Shown: piece by piece, positions 8,245 through 17,982 of the stretch
How positions within the stretch are numbered: the first letter of the stretch is position 1
Layout: each line of letters opens with the position of its first letter
Assembly: GCA_043812655.1 (NCBI GenBank)
Contig: JBDRLW010000030.1
Span: forward strand, 39,829 to 103,828
Direction: 5' to 3'
DNA length: 64,000 bases
Source of the DNA: a bacterium
GTDB lineage: Bacteria > Margulisbacteria > WOR-1 > O2-12-FULL-45-9 > XYB2-FULL-48-7
Translations under genes and position numbers: made by a program
The notes under the pieces: model-generated
Seen by the model: the letters and a program-made list of their open reading frames with translations, nothing else
Database searches by the model: none
What the model was told of the DNA's origin: nothing

Positions 8245-9458
8245 GTCGCGTTGTTATCACTGGCCTCGGCGTTGTTTCCCCTGTCGGGATCGGCAAAGAT
8301 ATTTTTTGGCAAAATATTGTTGCCGGAAAAAACGGGATCGGCCCGATCACCCGCTTTGATACGGCTAAATTTGACGTCAAAATTGCCGGTGAGGTTAAAG
8401 ATTTTGATCCTTCCCTTTATTTAGATAAAAAAGAAGCCCGGCGGCTGGTTCGCTTCATCCAGTTCGGGGTTGCCGCCGGAAAAATGGCTCTAACTGACGC
8501 TAATTTAACTATTACACCAGAAAATGCGCCCAGGATCGGTGTTATTGTCGGTTCCGGGATCGGCGGCTTAGATATCCTTGAAGAACAGGCCAGAAATTTA
8601 CACGAAAAAGGGCCGGATAAGCTTAGCCCCTTCACTGTTCCCTACATGATCGCCGATATGGCCGCCGGCTACATTTCTATCATGACGGGAGCTAAAGGGC
8701 CAAACTTCTGTGTTGTTACCGCTTGCGCCTCCGGAACTCATTCGATTGGCGAGGCAATGAAGACCATTCAACGCGGTGCCGCCGATGTCGTCATTGCCGG
8801 CGGGACCGAGGCTTGTGTCACCCCGCTTGGCATTGCCAGTTTTGCCGCTGCTCGTGCTTTGTCAACGACCGGCAGCCGCCCTTTTGATAAAACCCGAGAC
8901 GGTTTTGTGATGGGCGAAGGCGCGGGAATCGTTATTCTTGAAAGCCTGGAACACGCGCAAAAAAGAGGCGCTCACATTTATGCCGAGCTTGCCGGTTACG
9001 GCGCCAGCGGCGACGCCAACCACATTACTGCTCCGGCTCCTGGCGGTGAAGGAGCGGTCCGCGCTATTAGAGCGGCCTTGGCAGATGCTAACTTACAACC
9101 GGCAGATATTGATTATGTCAACGCCCACGGGACCTCGACTGAATTAAACGATAAATTTGAAACAATGGCGCTCAAAACCGTTTTTGGCGAACATGCCAAA
9201 AAGCTGAAGATCAGTTCAAACAAATCGATGATCGGGCATCTTCTTGGCGCTTCCGGGGCGGTCGAGTTTGTTTCCACCACTTTATCCGTAGCCAATGATG
9301 TGTCGCCCCCGACAATAAACCATCAGGCTCCTGATCCTGATTGCGACTTAGATTACACCCCCAACCAGGCAAAAAAACTCCCCATTCGTGCCGCCGTCAA
9401 AGAATCTTTTGGTTTTGGCGGACACAACGCAATTCTAGTGGTGAAAAAATTTATCTAA
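8238..9458 (+). CDS. fabF: 3-oxoacyl-ACP synthase II
   Basis: KAS II motifs (TACASGTHSIG; HGTSTELND; GHLLGASGA). GTG start overlaps the fabK stop. Confidence 0.92.
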   Translation: MLGRVVITGLGVVSPVGIGKDIFWQNIVAGKNGIGPITRFDTAKFDVKIAGEVKDFDPSLYLDKKEARRLVRFIQFGVAAGKMALTDANLTITPENAPRIGVIVGSGIGGLDILEEQARNLHEKGPDKLSPFTVPYMIADMAAGYISIMTGAKGPNFCVVTACASGTHSIGEAMKTIQRGAADVVIAGGTEACVTPLGIASFAAARALSTTGSRPFDKTRDGFVMGEGAGIVILESLEHAQKRGAHIYAELAGYGASGDANHITAPAPGGEGAVRAIRAALADANLQPADIDYVNAHGTSTELNDKFETMALKTVFGEHAKKLKISSNKSMIGHLLGASGAVEFVSTTLSVANDVSPPTINHQAPDPDCDLDYTPNQAKKLPIRAAVKESFGFGGHNAILVVKKFI

Positions 9459-9473
9459 TGATATAATCGTTTC

Positions 9474-12400
9474 GTGAAAAGAATCTTATTAATTCTTGCT
9501 CTGCTTGCCACCTGCCACTGCTCACTTGCCACCATCTTATACGCTGACCAGACCTATCCGCAAATCGACATTTCTGGCTTCAAGAAATGGGAAAATAAAA
9601 AGGTTGAGGTTGACCCAATGAAAAACTATTTCGCCGGGTTAACCCAACTTGGCGGCTACTATCCGACCTTTAGCGGCAGTCCGTGGCAAGAGAGAATGAC
9701 CTTAAAGATCGCCGGCCAGTTATCAAAAAACCTCTCCGTCTCTTACGATCTCGAGCAACAGCCGGAAACCCCGGAAAAGTTTGACGTCAAAGTAAAATAT
9801 GACAACACTGAGTTAACCTTTGGAGACTTTACCGCCAATTTTTCCGGCAACGAATTTGTCTCGGCTTCAAAATACATGAATGGCGTCATGCTAACCTCAA
9901 AAGATACCTGGTATGATGTCGTGGCAGTTCCTTCGGCCAAATTAAAAAGCCAAAACCAGGCTCTAACCTCTCAAAACGGCAACAACACCAAGGGTCCCTA
10001 TAACCTTGGCCACGGCTCGATCGTTGAAGGCTCTGAACAGGTCCAACTAAACGGGATCTTTTTAAAAAGGAACGTCCATTACACAATCGACTACTTTGAA
10101 GGCAAGATCACGTTTAACCAGATCTTAAGCGCCAGCGATGAATTTAAATATACTTATGACTACACAAATATCATCGATCTTTTTTTCCCGACTTTATCAA
10201 AGAGGGATTTCTTTGGTTTTCAATCTAGGTTCACCCTCGACCCGGAAAAGTTTGGCGTAAAACCTCCCGGGGAAGAGCCCAGCATGGCCACAGGGCGGGA
10301 TGTTTTTCCGACTAACAGCGCGCAGGCTGGCGGCATCCCGGAAGGAGAATCGTCTGGCAATTTTCAGTTGAGGAACATTCCTATTGTCAGGTTCAGCGAA
10401 ACCCTCTCCTTTATGGGTGTTCAGCTGAAAAAGAACGAAGACTATATGATCCGCTACGACTCCGGTGAAATAAAATTGCTGACCCGGTTTTTGCCGACCG
10501 CGGCTGAACCGTTAACGGTTGAATATAAATATTTTCAGGTTTCTACCGAGGTCGAAACGATCCCTGGCATCGGCAGCCGGGGACCGTATAAGACCAGGGT
10601 CCACCGGATCATTCCTGAGAGCGAAAAGATTGAACTTGACGGCAAAGTTCTTATTCGCAACCTTGACTACTCGATCGATTATGGGACTGGAGATATCTTG
10701 TTTGGCGTTGTCGTCGGCCCAACCTCGCAAATAAAGGTCAGCTATCGGCATAATGTTATGAGCCTGCCGGCCGCTCCGCCAACGCCTTTCCCTAAAGAGT
10801 TAAAACTTGGCGTTACTTATTTAAAGGAATCGGCCAAAAAAAGCGCTGGCGCCCCAACCGCCACCGCCATTGAAGCCTATTCCGGAACCTCCATTGTTAA
10901 TAATGGTTATGTCCTTAGCTTAAAGAATCGTCCGGTCGTAACATCCGAAAGTTTCACTCTTAGGACAAAAACCAGGGTCTTAACGCTTGACGTTGATTAC
11001 ACTTTTCCCACGACCGAAGTTGACCCTGTTACCGGGTTTGTAAAAGTCACACCCAATGTCCCGCTAAGTTATATTACTGATAAGACTGATCTTTCAGATG
11101 GTGTTAGGACCGGTACAATTGCCTTCCTGACCGCCCTTTCGGCCTCCGATGAAGTTACGGTTACTTATACCTACAATAAAAGCGTTGTCGGCAAATATAA
11201 TGCCGCCGGAACAGGAAGCAAGGGTCCTTATTATTTGCGGAACACCAGGGATATTGTCCCGGGGACAGAAGCTGTCCAGGTCTGGGACCAAGGCTCTTCA
11301 ATAATTACGACCTATACCAGGAATACCAGCTTTGAAGCCAACGCCGGCGATACCGGGTATTCCATTAACTATTCTACTGATAACGCTTATATTACCTTTA
11401 ATAACCCTCTCCCGACATCCAAAAACTTCCAGGTTATTTTCCAGTATCTTCCCTCGACAACCGGCAACAACAACAACGACATTTCTCAAAGTGCTTTTGG
11501 TTTTGATGGGAGCTTTAAGATCGGCGATATTTTTAAGATAGATTCTTCTTATGCCAAGACCGAAAACGACCAGGTTTTTGTGGCGGAATCGACCTTCGAA
11601 ACTTTTGGCGTTGGAGGAACTTATCCGATCAATAATACCAAGAATTATGCCCTTCACTCTTCGGCCAACCTTGTTGAGGGGAGCGAAAAAATATCCATTA
11701 ATAATCAAGTGCTCAACCGTGACATCGACTATTATATCTCCTATACTGCTCCAGGCAGCTTTAGCTTTTACTACATCACTCCAGGCACGCTTGATGCTAT
11801 TTCCGTCGAATATAAATTCCAATCAACTGCCGGCTCCCAATCAACCCAAACGACCAAGACCGATACAGCTTTCCGTTTGGGCGCGGAAACCAAGCTTTTT
11901 GGCGATGTTTTAAAATTGAGCGGCAACACCAAAAAGATCGGCTTTGACTTCTCTCCTTTAGGAGGGACATCTATCGGCGTCGGATCAGAATATCAGGAAT
12001 ACAATGTGTTTTTCCATCCCGATTACCACTCGTTTTTTAGTGATTACTCATACAAGTATAACCAGTCCCCGATCGGCACAACAAGAAAAACCTTCCTGCG
12101 CACTTACGATAATACATGGTCTGGAGGAATTAACCCGAGGGGGCTAGTTAAACTTGACCTTGCCTATCGGACCCTAGCGACTATCGACGATCCGCTCACT
12201 CCCGGTGGCTTGCATAATAGCGATTCACTTCAAGACTCTTACTCGATCAGCGCTACTCCTAAGGATATTACCAGAGGGCAACTCGTTTTCAGCCAAAAAT
12301 ACGACTTAAAGAAAACTTCTTCAAAAAATGACGTGATCGATCAGGCGGCAAACAAATCAACCTCCACCACCGATTACTTCCATGCTTTTGGCAACGCTAA

Positions 12401-13523
12401 AGTCACCGATCGTTTCTCTCTAGGCTACGACTACCAATACAATGAACCGATTACGCTGAGCTCGCTCGAGACCGAAACAGCCCACACGATTTCTCTTGAC
12501 CATTCTTATAACTTGAATCTCGACCTAACAACCCTGTTCCTAAAAAAGTGGGCCCTCCGAATGGCTCTGCAAACTCATGAGGATCAAAAAATTGTTCCAG
12601 CCATGACCAGCGTCAAAACCAGGAACGAAACTTATCACATGGACATTACCCCCTTCACCATCTTAACCTCATCCATCGACCATAACCGGCAGGAGAGGAC
12701 CTCATATGTCGTAGGAGGGGAAAACCCCTTAAGCATGAGGACGGCGGCTTCAGCAAGGTTGTCCCCTGTCCCCTGGTTTTCAATAGGGGCCAACGCTTCA
12801 GTTAATGAAACAATACCGGAAACAGGCGCAATTAACAGGGCCGATGGGCGATCTAAAGCCGGTGATATTGATTTTACGCCAATATCTTTAAATCTTTTGA
12901 AGTTAAACTCTCGTTTTGTCGGCTCAGACACAAGACAGACTGCGCCGTCCGGAACCGAAAGGATCTCAACTTTCACCAATACCGTCTCTCAAAACTACAC
13001 CTTAAGTTTTAATTATATCCCTCTTGTCCCTTTAACTTTAGGGCTGCTCTCTGAAGATTATAATAATTATAATGATTCAGTCCTTTCTCATGTCGACACC
13101 AGTACGCGCAATAAAATCACAACCGCTTCAACCCAAGTTGCGCCGCCCTTCCTGCCCCAATTAACTTTAACCGCTGATTATAATCGCAAAGACACATTTA
13201 ATCTAAAAACCAATGACACCCGCCCAAAAATTGTTGTCAATGGAAAGGCCAGCTACCAAGTTACTACTTGGGGATCAATTGCCTATGATACTTCGATCGA
13301 AAGGAATCAGGGCGAGGTCCAGGCCGGTTCAATCGTTGATCTAAATTATAAAAAAACCACTTCAACCATCAGCTTGAATCTCACCCTCCCCGTTGATAAC
13401 CCGGTGCTTAACAACTTTTTAGTGGTCGCCTCTTTAAAGCGGGTTGAATATAAAAACTATTATAATTCAAGCGATGATTTTAATGCGAGCTTGTTGAGCT
13501 TTGAAGGGACGCTAAACTTCTAA
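9474..13523 (+). CDS. large (1349 aa) secreted outer-membrane protein: signal peptide, at least 5 copies of a ~60-aa 'KGPY…EGSE…LNG…L.R..DY.IDY' repeat, and a beta-rich C-terminal half ending ...EGTLNF
   Basis: Signal peptide MKRILLILALLATCHCSLA. Internal repeats are visible by eye (KGPYNLGHGSIVEGSEQVQLNG…, SRGPYKTRVHRIIPESEKIELDG…, SKGPYYLRNTRDIVPGTEAVQVWD…, NYALHSSANLVEGSEKISINNQVLNRDIDYYISY…). C-terminal Phe, as in beta-barrel OMP signatures. Confidence 0.75.
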   Translation: MKRILLILALLATCHCSLATILYADQTYPQIDISGFKKWENKKVEVDPMKNYFAGLTQLGGYYPTFSGSPWQERMTLKIAGQLSKNLSVSYDLEQQPETPEKFDVKVKYDNTELTFGDFTANFSGNEFVSASKYMNGVMLTSKDTWYDVVAVPSAKLKSQNQALTSQNGNNTKGPYNLGHGSIVEGSEQVQLNGIFLKRNVHYTIDYFEGKITFNQILSASDEFKYTYDYTNIIDLFFPTLSKRDFFGFQSRFTLDPEKFGVKPPGEEPSMATGRDVFPTNSAQAGGIPEGESSGNFQLRNIPIVRFSETLSFMGVQLKKNEDYMIRYDSGEIKLLTRFLPTAAEPLTVEYKYFQVSTEVETIPGIGSRGPYKTRVHRIIPESEKIELDGKVLIRNLDYSIDYGTGDILFGVVVGPTSQIKVSYRHNVMSLPAAPPTPFPKELKLGVTYLKESAKKSAGAPTATAIEAYSGTSIVNNGYVLSLKNRPVVTSESFTLRTKTRVLTLDVDYTFPTTEVDPVTGFVKVTPNVPLSYITDKTDLSDGVRTGTIAFLTALSASDEVTVTYTYNKSVVGKYNAAGTGSKGPYYLRNTRDIVPGTEAVQVWDQGSSIITTYTRNTSFEANAGDTGYSINYSTDNAYITFNNPLPTSKNFQVIFQYLPSTTGNNNNDISQSAFGFDGSFKIGDIFKIDSSYAKTENDQVFVAESTFETFGVGGTYPINNTKNYALHSSANLVEGSEKISINNQVLNRDIDYYISYTAPGSFSFYYITPGTLDAISVEYKFQSTAGSQSTQTTKTDTAFRLGAETKLFGDVLKLSGNTKKIGFDFSPLGGTSIGVGSEYQEYNVFFHPDYHSFFSDYSYKYNQSPIGTTRKTFLRTYDNTWSGGINPRGLVKLDLAYRTLATIDDPLTPGGLHNSDSLQDSYSISATPKDITRGQLVFSQKYDLKKTSSKNDVIDQAANKSTSTTDYFHAFGNAKVTDRFSLGYDYQYNEPITLSSLETETAHTISLDHSYNLNLDLTTLFLKKWALRMALQTHEDQKIVPAMTSVKTRNETYHMDITPFTILTSSIDHNRQERTSYVVGGENPLSMRTAASARLSPVPWFSIGANASVNETIPETGAINRADGRSKAGDIDFTPISLNLLKLNSRFVGSDTRQTAPSGTERISTFTNTVSQNYTLSFNYIPLVPLTLGLLSEDYNNYNDSVLSHVDTSTRNKITTASTQVAPPFLPQLTLTADYNRKDTFNLKTNDTRPKIVVNGKASYQVTTWGSIAYDTSIERNQGEVQAGSIVDLNYKKTTSTISLNLTLPVDNPVLNNFLVVASLKRVEYKNYYNSSDDFNASLLSFEGTLNF

Positions 13524-15661
13524 TTGAGGATGATTATTTTTCCGCGGGCCAGGATCTTTTTATCTGCGACTATTTGGTAGAGATAAACACCATTAGGCAG
13601 GTTTTCTCCATAAAGGCTCTTTCCATTCCAGGTTGGATTGTTTAGCCCTGATTTTCCACCATTGTCACCGGCCGGATAACTTTTCTGCCAGAGCAAGTTC
13701 CCGTTAAGGTCAAAAAGATAGATCGTCGCATCAAAATTCCCTGCTAAAGTATAAACAAAGCTGGTCTCGTTGGTGCTCGTCCTGATAAAAGGATTAGGCA
13801 AGACAAAGGCTAGGGGCAGCGTCCCTTGTGCTTCAACTTCTTTATTGGCCGCTTCTTTTTTGATGTTGACCAAGGTAGTCGCGATGGCGGTTTGCCCGAC
13901 GTGGTCAACAACTCTTAACCTTATCGTGTAATCTCCGCTTAACCCGGCAGTCTCCCAAGTTCCTAAGGCGCTACTTTCAACTGAAACATAGTATGTCCCA
14001 ATTGTTTGGAAAGTTGTCGGGCTGCTTCCACTTCCATATTCTAAAACATAATAGTTAAAATATTGGTCTTTCGCCTTGCCGGTGATCGTAACGCTTCCTT
14101 CTATCGTAGTCCCTTGTGATGGAGTTATAATGGCGGCCTCTGGCGCGGTGTTATCAATATGTACAGAAACCGCTGTTTCGGCCGAAGAAGCATCATTGTT
14201 CACCACGTTAAGCTTGATCGTATAATCTCCATTTAAACCGCTGGTATCCCAGCTAGCAAGAGAGCCAGCATTAACCATTGTTGAAGAATTGGCAATGTTA
14301 ACAACGACAACCCCTCCGCTTAGCGCTGCTAATGTGTACCGGTTAAAATTACTGCTATACGCCGAACCGCGGACATTAACGCTTCCGCTAATATATTCTT
14401 GGCTGGCAGGGGAAGTGATCGTCGCGTTAGGGGTTGAAAGGGCTAATTGAGCGTCGATCCGACCGGTCCCAAGCGAGCCCGCTGGAAGTGTAGGGTTTAA
14501 GCTGTCGATGCTTGTCGCGTAATCTTTTATCCGGGCGTAAATTTGCGCCGCCGTTAGAGTTGGATATGCCGCTTTAATTAATGAGGCTAATCCGGCAACA
14601 AAAGGCGTGGCCAAAGAGGTTCCGCTGGCATTTACATATCCCCCTCCCATTTTTGTGGTTAGGATCGTTGTCCCTGGAGCTGAAACGTCTACCCAGGAAC
14701 CATAGTTTGAGCCTGGAGTAGCAACCGAGGCCCACTCTGCCCTTTTATCTGAAGAGTCGGTCGCGGCAATACATAGCACCGACTTTGAAGGGGATGCCGC
14801 CGGATAATTTTTTTCATTTGTGCCGCTATTCCCCGCCGCCGCTACCACCACCACCCCCGCTTGATAAGCCGCTTTGCAGGCATTCTCCATGTCAACATCA
14901 AAATCGCTTTGCCCTAAACTAAGGTTAATTACGTCTGCCTCTTTAGAAATAGCCCAATAAATCGCGTCCGCAATATCTAGGGTATCTCCCGTCGCTCCCC
15001 CTCCTGCTACCGGCCTCATCGCCTTGAGCGGCAAAATCATCGCGTTCCAATCTGTCCCAGCAACGCCAACCCCATTATTGGTTTTCGCTGCGATCACACC
15101 AGAAACTTCTGTTCCATGCCCTTCATCATCATCGGCGTTATTATTGTTACTAACAAAATTCCAGGCTTTAGCCGTGTTTAACTTATCTTGTAAATCTTCA
15201 TGGTTGTAGTCAACCCCAGTATCGATCACCGCCACCAGCACTTCATTTGTCCCTCGGGAAACATCCCAAGCATAATCAGCTTTTATCTTTGTTAGCCCCC
15301 ATTGCGACCCATAACTCGGATCATTTGGAATGGTCTGAAAAGTGTGATATATAAAATTCGGCTGAGCGGAGATAACATTCGGCTCTTTTTCCAGGTCACT
15401 AATAACTTGTTTTACGTCAACCTCCTTGCTAAAGGTTATTTTATAATGGTTGCTAAAAGACGGCGGCCGAACATTATATCCAATCGGTCGTTCTCCTCTC
15501 GCCGCCCCATATTTTGCGGCTATGTTTTGAGAAATAACCGCCTGTCCGGGCTTAAACCTAACAATTACTTCTCCAGGCTTATATTCAGCCAATGACAAAT
15601 GACTAATGACGAACAACGAATTAATGAGTAAAAGTAATAATAGAAGAACCGCTTTCTTCAT
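13520..15661 (-). CDS. subtilisin-like S8 serine peptidase with N-terminal signal/propeptide and a C-terminal beta-sandwich (FlgD-Ig/CTD-like) domain
   Basis: VAVIDTGVD (Asp), HGTEVSG (His) and GTSLATPFVAG (Ser) catalytic motifs. C-terminal ...NGVYLYQI... tail. Convergent with the large OMP and overlaps it at the stop codons. Confidence 0.85.
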   Translation of the reverse strand: MKKAVLLLLLLLINSLFVISHLSLAEYKPGEVIVRFKPGQAVISQNIAAKYGAARGERPIGYNVRPPSFSNHYKITFSKEVDVKQVISDLEKEPNVISAQPNFIYHTFQTIPNDPSYGSQWGLTKIKADYAWDVSRGTNEVLVAVIDTGVDYNHEDLQDKLNTAKAWNFVSNNNNADDDEGHGTEVSGVIAAKTNNGVGVAGTDWNAMILPLKAMRPVAGGGATGDTLDIADAIYWAISKEADVINLSLGQSDFDVDMENACKAAYQAGVVVVAAAGNSGTNEKNYPAASPSKSVLCIAATDSSDKRAEWASVATPGSNYGSWVDVSAPGTTILTTKMGGGYVNASGTSLATPFVAGLASLIKAAYPTLTAAQIYARIKDYATSIDSLNPTLPAGSLGTGRIDAQLALSTPNATITSPASQEYISGSVNVRGSAYSSNFNRYTLAALSGGVVVVNIANSSTMVNAGSLASWDTSGLNGDYTIKLNVVNNDASSAETAVSVHIDNTAPEAAIITPSQGTTIEGSVTITGKAKDQYFNYYVLEYGSGSSPTTFQTIGTYYVSVESSALGTWETAGLSGDYTIRLRVVDHVGQTAIATTLVNIKKEAANKEVEAQGTLPLAFVLPNPFIRTSTNETSFVYTLAGNFDATIYLFDLNGNLLWQKSYPAGDNGGKSGLNNPTWNGKSLYGENLPNGVYLYQIVADKKILARGKIIILN

Positions 15662-15705
15662 TTCGGTTGAAGTATACCATAGCTATAGCGTATAATAAAA
15701 CTACC

Positions 15706-16911
15706 ATGAAAAACTTAAAGGCTCGTGGACAAAAAGTTCTTTCCCCTGTTTTGGGAAAATATTTTGATGACTTTGAGGTCGCAAGCGGCAAGGGATCGAT
15801 CCTTTCAGGCCTTGATGGGAAAAAATATTTAGATTTTTCCAGCGGCATCGCTTGCACTGTTACCGGCCATTGCCACTCCAAGGTTGTAAAGGCGATCAAA
15901 ACCCAGGCCGAAAAACTGCTTCATATTTGCATTGGCGTCGCCTACTATGAACCTTATGTTGAATTAGCCGAGGAACTGCAAAAGATCTCGCCGATAAAAG
16001 GCGCCCAGGTCTTTCTTTGCCAAAGCGGCTCGGAATCAGTTGAGGCCGCCTTAAAGCTGGCAAAGTATACGACCAATCGCCCAGGCATTATCGCCATAAA
16101 AGGTGGTTTTCACGGGCGGACACTCGGGGCATTGTCGGCCACAACGTCGAAGATGAAATACCGCGACCACTATGAACCTCTATTGCCAAATGTTTATATT
16201 GCGGAACAAAACCTCTTGTCAGTTGAAGGTATAATGAAAAAGCATGCCGGCCAGATCGCCGGGCTGATCGTTGAACCGATCCTAGGAGAAGGCGGATACA
16301 TAGTTTTCCCAAAAAAGTTTTTACAGGGACTGCGCCAGCTTTGCGACCAAAATAATATATTGTTAATATTTGACGAAGTCCAAACCGGCGTTGGCCATAC
16401 CGGTAAATGGTTCGCTTGCGAGCATGCGGAAGTCGTGCCCGACATTATAGTTACGGCTAAAGGGATTGCTTCGGGCCTGCCACTCGGCGCTTGTCTGGCT
16501 AAAAAAGAAATTATGGCCAAGTGGTCGCCCGGCGCCCATGGCTCGACCTTTGGCGGCAACCCTGTCTGCTGCGCCGCCGCCATCGCGACGATCAAGGCAA
16601 TCAAGGCCGAAAAAATGTTAGCTAACACCATTAAGCAAGGGAAATATTTGATGTCCCGCCTCTCGAAGCTCCGAAATCAGTACTCCGAACTGATCAAAGA
16701 CGTCCGCGGCCTAGGCTTGATCATTGGCGTTGATTTTGGCGACAGCGTCCCGGTCAAGAAGATCGTTAATTTTTGTTTAGAGAAAAAATTAGTTTTGATC
16801 TCCACCGGCGGCGACGGGACCGTTATCCGGTTTATCCCGCCCTTGAACGTGACCCGCGCGCAGATCGACCAAGCCTTAGAAATATTTTCTCAGGCGCTAG
16901 ATAATGTTTAA
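15706..16911 (+). CDS. class III (acetylornithine/GABA-type) PLP-dependent aminotransferase
   Basis: LIFDEVQTGVGHTGKWFA and TAKGIASGLPLGA motifs. The upstream Met at 15667 would leave only 5 bp to the divergent protease start. 15706 is preceded by TATAAT at 15691-15696, so the mRNA may be leaderless. Confidence 0.82.
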   Translation: MKNLKARGQKVLSPVLGKYFDDFEVASGKGSILSGLDGKKYLDFSSGIACTVTGHCHSKVVKAIKTQAEKLLHICIGVAYYEPYVELAEELQKISPIKGAQVFLCQSGSESVEAALKLAKYTTNRPGIIAIKGGFHGRTLGALSATTSKMKYRDHYEPLLPNVYIAEQNLLSVEGIMKKHAGQIAGLIVEPILGEGGYIVFPKKFLQGLRQLCDQNNILLIFDEVQTGVGHTGKWFACEHAEVVPDIIVTAKGIASGLPLGACLAKKEIMAKWSPGAHGSTFGGNPVCCAAAIATIKAIKAEKMLANTIKQGKYLMSRLSKLRNQYSELIKDVRGLGLIIGVDFGDSVPVKKIVNFCLEKKLVLISTGGDGTVIRFIPPLNVTRAQIDQALEIFSQALDNV

Positions 16912-17446
16912 ATATTTGACGTTACCTGACCTGTTAGACATCGCGGCGCAAAGGAAAGAGCCGCCATTCGTCTTAATTCTCGACGGGATCGAAGACCCGC
17001 ACAACTTTGGCGCGATCTTGCGCACCGCCGAGGCCGCTGGCGTCCACGGCGTCGTGATCCGCAAGAACCGCCAAGTCCCGGTCACCGAAACGGTCATTAA
17101 GGTTTCCACCGGCGCGGCCGAAAACGTGCCGATCGCCCGCGTTCCCAACATTGCCGAAGCGATCCGCTTCCTGCGGAACGAGTCGCTGACGGTATTCGGG
17201 GTTGAAATAGACGGGAAAAGATTATATAATCAGGCAGATTACCGGAGCGGGGTCGCGCTTGTCGTCGGGAGTGAAGGCGCCGGCCTTGCCCGGCTTGTCA
17301 AAGAGCGGTGCGACGAGGTCGTGCGACTGCCGATGCGAGGAAAGGTAAATTCTCTCAATGCTTCGGTCGCCACCGGCATCGTCCTATACGAAGTATTAAG
17401 ACAAAGATCTCTCGACGAATCTCGAGATAAAGGAGGTGAATTGTAA
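16904..17446 (+). CDS. TrmH/SpoU-family RNA 2'-O-methyltransferase (catalytic domain only)
   Basis: DPHNFGAILRTAEAAG, VVGSEGAGL and SLNASVATGIVLYE motifs. Confidence 0.85.
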   Translation: MFKYLTLPDLLDIAAQRKEPPFVLILDGIEDPHNFGAILRTAEAAGVHGVVIRKNRQVPVTETVIKVSTGAAENVPIARVPNIAEAIRFLRNESLTVFGVEIDGKRLYNQADYRSGVALVVGSEGAGLARLVKERCDEVVRLPMRGKVNSLNASVATGIVLYEVLRQRSLDESRDKGGEL

Positions 17447-17574
17447 TGGCAGAAAAAGTTATGAAGTGCGGTATCAAGAAAGAAAAAGGCTACCTTTATT
17501 TTATCGACAAATCAGGCGACATTTCCCGGGCTAAGATGGCCAGAGGTCGCAAAAAAGCAAAAAAACGCAGATAG
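17446..17574 (+). CDS. small basic protein (42 aa), missed by the ORF track
   Basis: MAEKVMKCGIKKEKGYLYFIDKSGDISRAKMARGRKKAKKRR. AAGGAGGTG RBS lies 6 nt upstream. ATG overlaps the preceding stop (TAATG). A hairpin plus T-run terminator follows at 17597-17624. Confidence 0.45.
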   Translation: MAEKVMKCGIKKEKGYLYFIDKSGDISRAKMARGRKKAKKRR

Positions 17575-17596
17575 TTTTGTTTAAGACAACTAGCGG

Positions 17597-17624
17597 CTTG
17601 CAACTTCACCTGCAAGGCTTTTGG
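17597..17624 (+). terminator. putative rho-independent terminator (CTTGCA-acttcacc-TGCAAG followed by GCTTTTGG)
   Basis: 6-bp stem followed by a T-run immediately after the small ORF. Confidence 0.35.
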
Positions 17625-17660
17625 TTGTAAGTTGTAAGTCGTTAGTTGTTAGTCCCCTGT

Positions 17661-17717
17661 GGAGAGGTAGCAAAGTGGTCAAATGTCCGCCTACGGCGGA
17701 TAAATCAGGCGCCTCAT
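17661..17717 (+). pseudogene. 5' fragment of tRNA-Tyr (duplicated acceptor/D-arm plus variable-arm segment); anticodon stem replaced by a CCGCC-TAC-GGCGG hairpin
   Basis: GGAGAGGTAGCAAAGTGGTCAAATG…TAAATCAGGCGCCTCA matches the intact tRNA-Tyr at 17973-18055 over two blocks. No T-arm or 3' acceptor strand follows. Confidence 0.55.
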
Positions 17718-17724
17718 AATTACA

Positions 17725-17982
17725 ATGTTTTATACATATGTGCTTCACAGTTTAAGCTTTGACTGTTATTATGTTGGAAGCACTGGGAACCTTGAAAAAA
17801 GAATACAAGAACATAATTCTGGTTTGTCCAGATTTACAAAGGGAAGAAAACCCTGGGAATTAGTCTATAAAGAAGAGTTTCCCACCAGGGGGGAAGCAAT
17901 GAAAAGAGAAAAGTTTTTTAAATCTGGCCAAGGCAGGGAACTTATAAAAGAAAAATTGGCTCATCCTCGCTCGGAGGGGTAG
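17725..17982 (+). CDS. small GIY-YIG nuclease-domain protein (COG2827/UPF0213-like)
   Basis: MFYTYVLHS…YYVGSTGNLEKRIQEHN…GRKPWELVYKEEF…EAMKREKFFK. Its 3' end overlaps the first 10 nt of the intact tRNA-Tyr. Confidence 0.8.
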   Translation: MFYTYVLHSLSFDCYYVGSTGNLEKRIQEHNSGLSRFTKGRKPWELVYKEEFPTRGEAMKREKFFKSGQGRELIKEKLAHPRSEG

